This document shows positions 36,546-50,300 of a stretch of DNA of 64,000 nucleotides, piece by piece. This DNA comes from Bugula neritina. Taxonomy: Eukaryota; Animalia; Bryozoa. Within the stretch, counting starts at the first letter, position 1. The number at the start of each line of letters is the position of its first letter. The notes under the pieces were generated by a model. It worked only from the letters and a program-made list of their open reading frames with translations. It searched no databases and was not told the DNA's origin. Both the position numbers and the translations under genes were made by a program. Location of the stretch: contig OZ037769.1 of assembly GCA_964035545.1 (NCBI GenBank), positions 13,484,633 through 13,548,632 on the forward strand. The letters are read 5' to 3'.

Positions 36546-37822
36546 TCACTCTTTTTGATCCGCGGTATTGGTTGCTGTGGAAACAAAGCTTTTCTCATCT
36601 TCTTTACTCTTAGCTAAATGTTAAATAAAATGGCTATTATAGTTATAAGCTTATGCTATTTGCTAATTTTATAATATATCTTGTTTTGGTTATGATACAT
36701 CTACATAGATCTGTATTATAGTTATAACTGAAACGTACCAGCTAAAAGACGGTCCTTTTCTGCATTCAGTTTGTTGATTAGTTGCATGAGCTCAGCTATT
36801 CTCTGGTTTTGGCTCTCAATGACCTGCGTTAGATCCAGTTTCTCATTGCAAGACTTCAACAACATGCGGCTTGAGGAAGGGGCTGAACAAGATTTAACAT
36901 AACATGTTATTAATCTTTTGGTAACAGATTTTACTGCAGTAAATTTTGAAGCCAAGAAAATAATTACAAGTTTGTTCTATTTTCTATAGCTTCAGCTATT
37001 ATAGTAGATGCAGATTTATACTACAGCTTTATACTGCATAAGTATCAAACATTTTCATTATACTTCGGGTTTTTGGTACATGGCGAGCTAATAAAAAGCA
37101 CTTGTCTGAACATCAATAAATTTGCTTTCATGACTAAAAAGTGATTATGTAAAATTAAATAATGAAAAAATGAACTCAAAACTACATGCACTTCTCACAT
37201 CACATTATTCTATTATATAAACCATAAAACAATACAATAAGTATGTCATATATTCAACAAGCAGCTCACCTTTGTTCTGCACATGCTCAGTGACCGCAGG
37301 TAGAGGGCAGTGTTTGAGTACCAACTCGCCGGCAGTTTCATTTCTGTTGTTCCTGATCTCAATGATGTCTCGTTCATTTGCCACCAAAAAGTGTTGAGTC
37401 AGCTTGGTGAAGGTCTTGATGCCGTTGCTGGCTGCCAGGTGAAGAACCGTGTTGCCGTCACAGTCAGCCATTTGCAGAAGTTGTCTTCTCCCATGTCTGT
37501 TAGGTGCTGCCAATAGTATGTCGCAGACTACAGGCCAGTGACCGTGAGCGGCTGCGACGTGTAGAGCGGTTTGTCTAGAGTCACTCCGAACTAATAGCAC
37601 GGAATACAGACTTCCTTTGGGGATGGATGCTAGCATATGTCTCAGGACAACTCTTCTACCAGTCTTTGCGGCAGAATGTAACGGTGTGAAGTTATTGGTC
37701 TGGTCTCTGAGTCTAAGTGCCGATACTAACTGAGCAGGGCTGAGACGACCCTTTAAGGTTCTGAAGCTTCTAATAGCCCCAGTTTCCGCGATGAAGTGAA
37801 GTAGCTTCTTAGACTGAGGCAT
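36546..37822 (-). CDS. Ankyrin-repeat protein with C-terminal coiled coil (~254 aa); exons 37822-37270, 36882-36739, 36613-36546
   Basis: Ankyrin motifs TPLHSAAKTG, TALHVAAAHGH and GNTVLHLAASNG. Phase-consistent GT-AG introns lead to ...QNQRIAELMQLINKLNAEKDRLLA...DQKE*. Confidence 0.8.
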
Positions 37823-38780
37823 CTGTAAGATTGTGGCTATAGTATATATAGAAGGTTGTAAGCTTACAAACACTCTATAATGTATACTAAGTATGACTGA
37901 TTAGGTTTATAGCAAGCAGTAACTATAATATAAAATATGGTTTAGATAAAAGATCAATGTTAATCATACCTTCAAATCTCATGACATGCAGTGTGTGTGA
38001 GTCTATTGGAAATCACAAATAACTGAAATAAATGAAGTTGCATATAACTTGTATAGTACAGATTGTTATCACTAGAACAAAGTGAGGCAGTTCACTTCAA
38101 GCAAGCTTTGTGGTATGGAAGTTTCCATTTGTTTGATTATGTAGTGATACGTATAGAAAGCAGTTTCATATTACTAATCATACACTGCATCACCTATATG
38201 TTAGGCAGTTTCATTTCATGTACACATTTATTATATATGTAGTTTATTTCTACTGGCTATACACTTATCCCTTTTATACACAGTTTCATTTTATTAGATA
38301 TACATACTATGATTATATATATGCAGTTTCTTATTACTTGAAATTTTGAGCCAAAATGTGCATGCATTTTGTAAGCTTATAAATAGGTTTCCTTTCAATC
38401 TGACAAGAGTTGCTAAGCTGCAACAAGATATTTTGGAGTTGTTGGCCCTGAGTGGTAAATAACAGCATTGATAAGTTAATTGAATCAGTGCATATGTACT
38501 GCCATCAAGCAAAGCTGGGTTTAATATTTCTTAGAACAAAATATGCTAGATATAGAAGTAGTTTGCACAAAGTTACTGTGGTTTATAGACAATGGCATTT
38601 ACACACCATATTGCGCATAAGTAAGTTTTAGATGTGTATGCAAAAGCAGGTGCATATATAATACATAAATTAACTATATGTACATAATTAAGGTTCAATT
38701 TTTAGTTTGAACTCCTGTTCAACATCTTTAGCAGTTTCGTCAGAGGTCTTATGTTGCATACAGTAACTGAAATAATATTT

Positions 38781-38858
38781 GTCCTACACTGAGATTCAAA
38801 CCACAGACCTCTGGCTTGTAAGCTAGTATTCTTAACCATACGAACTACACCACAGAGG
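38781..38858 (-). pseudogene. Degenerate tRNA-like sequence (SINE head or tRNA pseudogene)
   Basis: A-box-like and B-box-like (GGTTTGAATC) motifs and a CTAGC-TTACAA-GCCAG arm. The acceptor stem is poor. Confidence 0.45.
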
Positions 38859-41042
38859 CTTCTTAGACATTTCAGCACCACAGAAACCATATTCACATGG
38901 TCTATATTGTCATGCAGATGTAAATCATTCATAGAGAAAAGAAGAGATCAAGAGAGACAATTGTTGGGACATTCCAAGAGCATTGAATGCTTTTAAGCTT
39001 TCAATACATTATGCTAGCATGTAAATAACAAGATCACATCCTTAAAGCTTTATTTGAAGTTTTATATTTAAATGTTAGCTATTCTATGTATTTTGTAGAA
39101 AACAGCTCAAGTATAACAGCCATAATATACTGGCTACCACAAAAAGTTAACTTTTAGGCTTTTATTAAAACCGACATTTTATGCCATTCTTTCTTTTTCA
39201 TTCCATCTTTAATGGTGGTCAATGCACATTTATATTAAAACACAACAACAATGCTATATTATGTTGCAGTATCTAAACTAATATTGATTTATGTTTACAG
39301 CTATATATTAAAAGGGTTGCACTGCATCACTATTATAAGAATAAATTGACTTCAGGCATATCCGATTTTGCCAGTAGGCCTACGCTAAGAGAAAAGAGCA
39401 GAATATAGAGATAAAATTTGGTCAGTTCAATTTCTGTGAATGAATGCCTGCAATATATTTATTATAGCTCCTAATTTGCATGAGTATTCGTGTACCATGA
39501 CAGATTTAAAGGCATGTGTTTTTTCAAGTTGCTTTTCATAATTATTTCTTAACTGGTTGCTTAAACTAATTGTAAAAACTGTAATGCATTATATATATAT
39601 AGCAACAAAAGGCAATTGTTTTGAATAGTTTGTGTAAATGTATTTATTAAAGCATCTATAAATTAAAGTGAATCACTAAAATTTAGCAAGCTCATAAACA
39701 AATTAAGTTTATATCAAATGTTAAAATAATATATTAGTATAAAATGAAAAGTAGACATTTTCATTGACAAGCAAATGAAGTAATTACATATTATTATAGT
39801 GAAAAGCATAATAAAATAAAACACACACACGCACGCTAGCAGGTTAAACTAGAATACTTATGTATTATAATATGTAAATTATAGTGCTAATAAAAACACT
39901 GTGCTATGTTTATATACCAATACAAATGGTTGATAGCAATCAATCAATTTCAGCAACTCCATTGGTAAAGTTTGATATTAGAACTGATAGCAAGCAAACA
40001 AACATATAAAATCCATAAGAAACTAGAAGCAGAGCAACAAATCATTATATATTATACATAATATAATAGTTATGATGAAAACAGATATTTTTGGCTAATG
40101 GCAACATATTGACCTGATTTACAAGTTTAAATTTACTATACTAACGTAATATTTGAAATGAAATAGTTAAAATCAGCAGTTGAAATGATTCAAGCATGTG
40201 TTTATGTAGGGGTGTCACTATGTATACTGGTTTCATTAATTGTGCCCTATTTAAACAAACCTTGTGAAATATACAATAATTGGGTTTAAACTGTCTATAG
40301 CCTCAGCTCCACATTATATAAGATACACCGCTTAGTTTCTGTGTTCACTACTTTGTTTGCTGGAAAGACTAAAATTTTTTCATACATTAACTCGAGGTCC
40401 AGTACAACTATTTCCACTTTAAAGATTCCAATGATTTCTAAAGATATAGAAGTCCTGTCCACAACAAAACTATGTCTTTTTGTACCATTCTAGCAGGCAA
40501 TTTCACACTCACATAGTATTAGCCAATTATATATACTCATAGTCTTTATTGATGCATATAACATCAAAACGACATCAGAGTAATTTTCACTAAAGTGAAC
40601 TGCTTGGTATAAAGTGGCACAGTCGCAATAAATTGTGAAACTGGTACATCTATAACATTCATGCAGAAAAGGAGCATGCTTTCATATGCATAAATTAACC
40701 AAACTTCATTCCATATATTTTAGAAAAGGGAGTTTAAATGAGGCAGATGTGTAGCATCTACTGTTAAATTTCCGTAATTTTAATACATCATACACTACAG
40801 AAAATGCTATACTTTGCCTTAAGAGACTTTAAGTAACCCAATTAGTATATCAGTTTGAAGGAACACAAGCCATCCGCCATTGAATTGAACATAGTGACAC
40901 CCCAACTATTGATGCAGAGGTTTAAAACATGAGCTATTATTTTGACCCACAATAATAAACATTTTTAAAAGATAGAAAAGCAGTGCTGGGGTTAAATAAT
41001 CACATAAATCATTAAGGTTGCCTTTAAACCGAGAGGAGTTAC

Positions 41043-41859
41043 TCAGTTGCTTGGTGAGACAGCCCCGTATCTTCCGTCTGGGTGGCCCGGCAAGTTACGG
41101 GTTCGGGCTCTAAAACAGAATTATATAAATTGGAACATTTCTTTCTATAATAGGGCTATACCTTAGCATAATAGCAAATTATAAAGTTATGTACATAATG
41201 TAGTTGTGTTAGCTCGCTAACTTAAAAAACACATAAAATAATACAATATAAATTACACCATTTTTAAAGTCTTTTCTACAAAATTACATACACGCTTTAT
41301 TCAGTCAGCTCAACTGTGTGCTGTACATGTTTGATAAACTCAGACTAGCTATTCCGGTAGCCAAGCCTACTATAGGAGATATTTGTTATTTTAGTAGGTA
41401 AATATAAGCTAGTTATATCTAACAATATATCTCATTGGAAATCTGGTTTAACCGAAAAACTCGTTAGTTAGCAATTCCTATAGCACATCATACTACACTT
41501 CGTTCAAGCTAAAATAACCTAATGATTATATATAAATATTAAAAAAACCATATAAAATATTATTTTAAAAATATGTTGAAAGCTACACAATTTTTCATAA
41601 TTGCTGTAAGCAATATGATCTAGGAAAGCAAGAAATAGTAAAGTTCTATATTATTAAAGCCTAATAATTTATAGCACTCTTTTTGATAGAAAAACTGAAT
41701 TGCCATCAGTACAATAAAACAATTACTATGACATGGTAGAAAATTGCTCAATAAATTCAGTTATTATATGAATGGGATAAAACTGTCTATGAAGATTAAA
41801 AATAAAATAGTTTTACTCACCTGGCTTTTGCTGAGACTTTTGCAGCTCCTTTTTGACTT
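41043..41859 (-). CDS. Two small internal exons (41859-41821, 41109-41043) of an unidentified gene
   Basis: Strong TTTAG acceptors and GTGAG/GTAAC donors. In-frame join reads EVKKELQKSQQKP-E-PEPVTCRATQTEDTGLSHQAT. Confidence 0.45.
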
Positions 41860-42537
41860 CTAAAACATGTTTTATAGCATTTATATATACAACTGTGCAG
41901 AATTTTACTGCTTCACAAGATAGAAACATCTATTACAGCTAATTAATTATTGCATAAATTGAATAAGTTGAATTACAAGAGAAAATTTTCCAACTTTTTT
42001 ACAGATCAATAAGCTAAGAAATAAAAAAATTGTGAATGAAACTCAAAACAGATTGTTCTGAAATAACAAAAAAATTATAACTGCATTTGAGCTATATCGT
42101 CCAGTTCTAGGAGAGAGAAAATTTTAAAATAATTTCTTTAAATAAACAAGTAATAATTATTTTAAACTGTTCTTACTAAGATAACTTGCAAATCTATTGA
42201 GTGATTACTTCAGTTTGTAGTATAATTTTAACCTGTACCTCAGAGGGCTCATTATATGGTAGCAGAAATAGACATTTTTTACCCCCAAAAAAACAGATTT
42301 TGCTTAGAAACATCAAGAAATGAGCGGCTGTAGGCTTTGATTGGCACAGTTACAACGGAAGAAATCAGCAATATTTTATAATTTGCTAACCAGAAAGTTG
42401 ATTTTCTAAATCAGTTATACGTCTAGTGTTATCTCTAATGACTGTTTCCAAGTTGGGTTGAGCATTGGAGTTTGAACTTTGACCTTTAGTGGTGTTTTGT
42501 GCGGAGGCCATAACACGAAACTAATGTCTGTTATACA

Positions 42538-42691
42538 TACATGCACATATTATATATAAACGCATATAAATATATATAAATATATATATTTATATTTATA
42601 CATGCACATATTATATATAAACGCATATAAATATATATATTTATATTTATACATGCACATATTATATATAAACGTATATAAATATATATAA
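42538..42691. repeat. AT-rich minisatellite (3 units of ~50-60 bp)
   Basis: tacatgcacatattatatataaacgcatataaatatata... repeated three times. Confidence 0.9.
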
Positions 42692-42799
42692 AGAGTCACT
42701 TGAGCTCTCTGCATGGCTTGAGTTTACACACCTTTTAAATATGCTTTAGTAGAAACATAAGTTTCCACTATTGCGAAGGTGTGAGCCATGGTACTCTGT

Positions 42800-42846
42800 T
42801 CTGTGCTGATGAGGGGACAAACCCCGAAACAGCTGCTGTCCACAGA
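42800..42846 (+). ncRNA. Minimal type I hammerhead ribozyme
   Basis: Stem I TCTGTG/CACAGA; core CTGATGA; stem II GGGG-ACAAA-CCCC; GAAA; stem III CAG-CTG-CTG; GTC cleavage triplet ending at 42840. Confidence 0.88.
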
Positions 42847-43139
42847 TTGAGGTATATATATATATATATATATTGCGCACAATATAATAATAAATAATCT
42901 ATAAAATATTAAGCAAACACACTCGAACAAATAATCCTAATTTTCTGATTCAGTAAATAAAATGCAATTTGGTAAAGTTCAAAACAAATGGACTTACGAT
43001 TAGCACTATAGCTGATGCATGGCTGTGTAGAGTAAAAGTACATTAGCTATAGTAGGGAGTCACGGAGTGTGATCAGTATTGGTGGCTGATGTAAACATGT
43101 AAAACATCACTATTCTGGTATTGATTACGATTGGGCTTA

Positions 43140-44800
43140 TTAAGGAAAGTTTCTATTTGGCAATGGGAAAGTCCAAGTATTAGATTTGATTCAACAAAGG
43201 GAAAAAGTTGGAAAATTTGGGGAGCTCCGAGAAACGATCACAGCAAACTGAGTACGGCCTATAACAATGTTCAGTCTGTAAACACACACTCGCACACACA
43301 CACGCACGCACTCGCGCATCATGTATACACACCCGCACACACATATGCATGCAACACTCATCACATCTATGGCCTGTACCACACTTCTAGCTTCTGTGAT
43401 TGAAATAGTAAACATTGAGCAACTGAGTGTCTCAACATTAACTGGGAATTGAAATATTATAGGCATGTAAAAAGGCTAGTAGTTGTCTTCTTATAAACTT
43501 TAAAATTAGATAACTCTGGAAAATAAAACTTGAGTTTTGTGAATAACTAAAATTGAGATACAAAAGTCAGACCCATGGTTTGATATAGCACCCGGAAGCA
43601 GAATTTTAAATTAACAAGTAGCGTAAATACTATATACGAGCGTACATTAAGTAGACAATGTATAACATATCATGTACTAACATATAACATATATAATGTA
43701 CTCGCTTATACAGCCATGCATTAGTAACATGAAGTATGCAGTCTCATGATTTCATAACGATTAATCAAACTACAAACTAGAATTCAACATTTATAGTACT
43801 TTGCACTTTAGCAATACCCTATAAAGTCCTGTTTGATTCTATAAACTCAGTTAGAGCACAACAATTACTAAACCCTGCTCAACACTCATTACTACTGATT
43901 TTATGTTAGGTACATGCAATAATATTTAGTATTGAATATATTTGGCTGATTTACACTTTAATAGATAATTAGTATGTTACATAACAAATATGTATAAGAT
44001 TGTCTGAAAAAATATAAAATGAATGTACTTACTATTTATGTAACTAATGATTGTGTGTGATAAAGGTGGCTTTTAATAGATAGCGGATAAATTTGCTTAA
44101 AGTTGGTGGCTTACTATCACTAGTATAGAACAACTCCATTCAACTGCGAAATTGCTAGTGAGCTAATGAATGAAAGTTTCTATTTGGCAACTGGAAATCC
44201 CCAGTACTAGGTATGAAATTTAGTAAATGGAACGTCTTGGAAAATTTGGGAAGTTTTGAAATATTGTCACCTAACAGTTTCAGTACAGCAATTCCACACA
44301 CCAGCAGCACCAACCTTCTATAAGCTATGAGCAGATTATTGAGATAGAGAACCTTGGGCGGAGCTTCTCAACATAAACTGGGCAGGCGTTAAGCAGAATA
44401 ACTGAGCTAGTAGTTACCTCCTCATATACAATAAACAAACAGTAAGACAACTCTCATTAACCACTTGTAATATAGCAAGTCAATCTTGTGAATAACTAAA
44501 CAAGAAATGAAGACCTATAAATGCATACGTTACTCATAGCACACATTATAGGCACCACACGTATAGTAATGTTAGCATGGGGATATCCACATTGTACAAA
44601 GTAGTAGACAAGCATAATTCACTCATTGTACCAGCTTATAGTCCATATAAACCATGATATTATGTAATATCCTAATGATTAATCAAACTACAACTCTGAA
44701 GTAAGTCAATTATATTCTTTCATTATATTTTCCCATACAAATGCTTCAGAGTTCTAGCTGTTTAGTTTTTATAGACCCAGTTAGGCTACATAAATAGAAA
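43140..44800. repeat. Diverged tandem duplication (period ~1 kb)
   Basis: Collinear anchors: gaaagtttctatttggcaa (43145/44172), ttggaaaatttggg, tgtgaataactaaa (43538/44487), gattaatcaaactacaa (43759/44677). Confidence 0.75.
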
Positions 44801-45812
44801 TTGAAACCTACATGCAATATGCTTTTTTATATTGTTTTACATAATGTTATGTATTTTTACAAAATTAATATAAGTTTTAATATGTTTTATAATACTTACT
44901 ATTTAAGTAACTGAGGCATGTCTGTAGCAGCAAGAGTAGCTAGTATACTGTGAGGAATCTTATTCAAGAATGGCCATCCACTATGAAAATGAAGACAAAA
45001 AACCAAAATTTCCCAAGTTGAAAATTTCCCTAAAAGTCCAGCTTGTGCATGGAACTTTTGATACAGTCGAGTCCTATAAATTTGCTTATATGACTTTGTG
45101 TGATACACATTTCAGAGGAAAATAAAATAATAACTATAGTATTATATGATAACAGTACAAATGATCCAAATGCAAAAAACTTAAAAGTTATACGCAATTG
45201 TTGGTATGGTATTATTGAGTTAACAAGTTTTTGTGATGCCATATAAACAAGAAAGGTTAATATTAATTATATATAACTATTGCAAACATAGCATACACAA
45301 GTTTATGCAGCTTATACGTTAATCAATCCCATTAGTTAATTGTTGCAACTGATAAAAGTTTGAAGTTAAGTTCAAACATAATATTATTTAAATCAAGCAA
45401 TTGGAATTTGTATTACAGGGCTCCACTGTACTGAAGGAGGTTTCCAACTTCAACTGCATTTTTGTGATCCATTCCTATACAAAGTTCATCTCCTATTAAA
45501 AAGACGACTCCAGATACATCACTCACTCTTTTTATTCTGCTATATAATATTATGATGTATGTGTAATTCACAATGAAAAAAGAAGAAACCAATTGCATAG
45601 ATTAATTGTTTATACGGTGCATATAAGTAAATATGCTTAGATATTTTCAAAGTGTAAACTGTTTAATTTGTTTACTTGTGTTGTGTTGGCTTGTAAAAGA
45701 ACTTATATATGAATTTATGATGCTTGAAAATTAGAAGAAGTAAAAAGATGACTTTTTGACTTTTGAAAAATTATTGAATTAATTTTAGATAGTGGTTTAA
45801 TTAGCATGAAGA

Positions 45813-46017
45813 GGGAGCAGCCGTGGAGGCTAGAGCGTTTGTCTATAGTAACCACGAGCCCAGACAAAGGCCATTGGTGGTGTTAAGAAGAGCATCCAGT
45901 CATAATTACTCATGCATGTGCCTCATCTTAATAAGTCCTTATTAGACTGTTTTAACAAAAACCCATTTCATCAGGAGTTTTCTCACAGGGATAGCCACAA
46001 CAAACTGGCGTGAGTTT
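45813..46017 (+). mobile_element. tRNA-derived SINE, copy 2 (partly deleted head)
   Basis: GGGAGCAGCCGTGG...AAGAAGAGCATCCAGTCATAATTACTC...CACAGGGATAGC. Confidence 0.8.
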
Positions 46018-47383
46018 AATTACCTAGTATAAAGATGCATGTGTTATTTAATCAAATAATAACTCCATTTGCATAATGGGAACTGTTGAAATAAATTGGT
46101 ACAAAAGCATTTAATTTTATTTCTAATTAGTCATCAGCCAGAGATCCAGAAGTTAATCCAGTAGTGTTTAGATCTAAGGAAAGTGGTGTAACCAACAGAG
46201 CTGAGTTAAACTAAATAAACAGTGAGAGCGACTGGGGTTGATACTCAAGTCAATTAGATATACACTTTTAAAGTTTGACTATTACACTTTTAGAAGACAA
46301 CTCCAAGTACAAGTACTTTTTACGATTTAATTTCAATTGTTTTATGACTTTGTAAAGTATTGGTGATAGTAAACTAAACAACATAAATATTGATGAGCGG
46401 CCACTGTTTAGTTAAGAGTCTTTTATATAGCCATGGACCTGAGTCATTCAGGAGAAAGTCTGTTCCAATTAGTTATAAGACCAAGATGGCTATGCTAACA
46501 GTTGATTGTGAATGTAAACACAATATCTACACAAATTATGAACTGTTCTTATAAAATCATATCAACAGGCTTCAAGAGATTACTTCATTAATCACTCAAG
46601 AATCTATATTAAAAATGCAGAAAGCAAGAATTACTGCCTGCACCTTACATAATCGAGAAGTGTTGATGCATGACTGGATTAAAATCTGCTAATCAGTAAA
46701 TAAATGAATTATTATGACTAGCAATAGTTACCATAAAGTAAAACTGGGATAGAATAATTATACATTTGTAGCACTTATCAATATAGCTAAATATCTGTTA
46801 CAATTTGTTACCTTGGTGCAAAAACCACTGAAATATTAACCCATTACTCAATGAATTGTAGCTATAAAGACTTTTATTTCAAATTTATTAGTGACAATTT
46901 TTAAAAAAAGAAGTAGATGTTTTCACCAATAAGTTGTAAATGTTTTGGTCAACAATTTAAATGAAATTTACAGGCTATTCTTAATTTCATTAGAGTAAAA
47001 TGTTATTGACACTTTACAAGTGAAATATCTCCCATTTCATAAAGCATTAGAGCTGGAGCAAAACAGTATGGCAGAAACACATTACTAACTTTACATGTGA
47101 ACTACCATAATATTATTTCCTAAAACATAAAAATAAATCTATAATACACAAAAAAATGTACAAAAATATGCAAATATGAGCAAGTTTAATGTTTCCATGT
47201 CGGTATTTGCCTTGCATATGCACTATCTACATTCACAGTCCTCTGCAATACATAACTAATGCTTGACCTCCGGGTGTCCTTCAACCATTCAGTAATGGTA
47301 TGAGTGTGAGATCACCAAAGAGCACCTTGCACTGGTGTCTGCACTTTCCACCACAACAACCTGTCAGTGATGTGTCAATATAG

Positions 47384-50300
47384 CTATACAGGTGTTCCAG
47401 CTTTGTGGGTGGTCTCATTTCCGCCTTGCAGAGCCAGTTGAGTCAAAGCTCTTGCCCTGCTCTCCTCGTAAGATCTACAATACAGAGTTACAAAATACAT
47501 CTATTCCGAAACAGTGCCAACATTCTACATTAATTTATTTTTTATGTCTCAAACCAATGTATTTAAGTTTAAAATATTACTAATAGTAATAGCCATAACA
47601 TAAACATAAGTTATAGTATTACTATATTACAGTATTAGTATTACTATCAGTTTTTACTATTAGTAATAATTTACTACTGATTAGTTGTTAACATCACTAT
47701 AACTATAATTATCTTATAATTTAAATTTAAATTACCATAAAATGTATTACAATGTATTACAATTACTTTTAGCAGTCATCCCTGTATTTTTGGAGAAAAA
47801 AAAAGCAATTTTTTTTCAAAACAGCAGAAAAATTAAAAATTCTAAAAGTAGTAATATTTTAGAATCGATATAATTATGAGAACTAAAACTGCAAATAACT
47901 GGATGTACAACTACATATTAAAACTTGAATAAAAGACCGACCGATTCAAGAGAATGAGTATGCCTTAAAAATATTTCTGATTCAGATTGAATCTAAAAGT
48001 AGTGACAAGTTTTGCAGCAATGTTGGCCTCTTTGAGATGTGAAGTTGAAACTACTGACAAAAGAAAAGCCTGATTTTATTACTAACAGCCAGTCTCAAAC
48101 TAGGGGTCGGGGAGAGACAGCGATGGAGATAGAAATAAGTACTTCACACAGTAATAATACTGAGAACCGTGCATGATAGGTGTGAAAATCAAACAAGAAC
48201 ATATACGCATACTACATTAATACACACACACACAGCGGCTCCAACTTACTTCTTTTCAATTAGTTTCCTTTCCATTTCTTCATAAAATCTCTTCTCAATA
48301 TTAATGCCCGCCCACGTCATGATATTTGTAGCTGCGAAACCAGTCATCGTCCTACAACCAAACACGTGCCTTGCATTATGTATAGTAGAATAGTGACTCA
48401 GCAGAGAGGTCATGTGACCAGCTGGGTCATGTGATGAGTTGAATTATTTGATCAAACAATGTTTTTGAAGAGTAAAAATAATGATAACTGTCACAAATGT
48501 GCAACATGATATTTAGGAGAGAATTTATAAAATTTTTACTGATGATTTTAATATTACCATTGGCTTAGAATTCAGAGTTATCTTTTCAGCAAAAAAAAGT
48601 ACATTGAGAGACAATAACTCCTTAATAAGCTACATGATTTTAAACCATCACAACTTCTGTTACAGAAATATTTTAGGTTAACAAACCTACCATTATCATC
48701 AACCATAAGCAATTAGTATTTAATTAGATAAAATACTATAAAACAGATGCGTTACAATCTGAAGGCTGTATTTTATGACATGTATAGTAGTAACATAACT
48801 GTGATAAAGTAATTTGTTTCTTTTAAAGTTGAAAGGTAAAAGTAGTTGACTTTTACTATTAGAAAAATAATTCTAGAGAAAATGATTAGGAAGCAATCGA
48901 TTTGAGGGTTTATACCACATTTTAGAATAATTTTAAATTTCAGAACACACTCTGTATAGGGACAGACAACTCCAAGTGCTTACTTGGTCAAAAGTCTATT
49001 AATTTCTGCCATAAAAGCAATGTCCTTATGATGCAATACAAACACACCAATAGTCTACTAGGAAAGTATTGGCAGCATAAACTTACCCCATGTAACCTCC
49101 AATGAAACCGCCAGCCAGCATAGCCCTAGGACCAAGGATAAGCCGTGATATTGTGCCAACAGCAACACCACTGACTGTGTAATGCGCTATATTGGTTTCA
49201 CATCGGTATAACTCCAAGGCTTGGCTCATATTACTGCAACACAAAACCCATGTCTGCTAGAAACATTATATGACAGCTTAAAGTATAACAATTGTTGCTT
49301 GGAATGTTTTAAAGTTACAACAGTTCAAGAAATGCAATAATCAAAATATCAAACTTTTCAACAACAAAAATTTAAAAAATGTATAAATCTGATTACAGAA
49401 ATGTATAGAAAAGTAGAAAATATTTTTAAAACTGCGAAAACAACAGTTTTTAGCTTTTATAAGTAATTTACTAAAACAAAGCATTAATTTTAAGCAGTTG
49501 CTAATTGCTGGCAGAACATTTTCGCAGTCCTAAATATTTTATACTTCTTAAATTTGTCTGTATTATGAAAATTCTAGAAGCACCAGAATGCTCTGTAAAC
49601 TGGAATGGTATATTACTCTAGAATTTAGGATGACCTAAAGGGCGGCTCATAAGCTATCAATTAACCCGCATAGTGCATTTCTTCGACACTTCTATTCTTA
49701 TATAAATAGCGTTGAGTAGATATTCTTAGGCTAGTATGCCTTACAACTTTCATAAACAAGTCTCTTTCATAAAGACTAGCTGATAATAGAGAAAAAAATG
49801 TGATATGGCGACCCGAGACCGAACAAAGCACTTGGCCTAGTTGAGCTATCGGACCTGTTCTTGGGGCAAGAAAGTTACAGGCTAACAACTTTTATATGTA
49901 GACATATTAAATGAAATAATTATAAAACTAACGTATATGACCTTGAAATTTCTCTACTTGACCTGAATAACTTTACACACCTGAATGAGAAGACAACTGC
50001 GTATGTCAACAATGTCCACTTAGCAAAGCGCTTCAGCCCTCCGAACATGTACGCATCTTTGGCTCTTCTCTAAAAGTAACAGCAATAGGTGAGCTTGAGC
50101 TCTCCGCTCTGGTTTCACAATGAATATATACTATATAGTCATGTGACTACTTCGTATTGCATCATCATATTTACACCGTGTATTACAGCACGGTTATGGT
50201 AAGTTAAGAATTTGAGTTGAAACCATTTAAATAATTTTACCAGCCGAGTTAAGGCAAAAGAAAACCTGTAATTTACAAGAAATCCATACGATTTGTTTTT

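Noticed and set aside
42538-42691. Repeat array as CRISPR
   Set aside because: Eukaryotic AT-rich minisatellite without unique spacers or cas genes.
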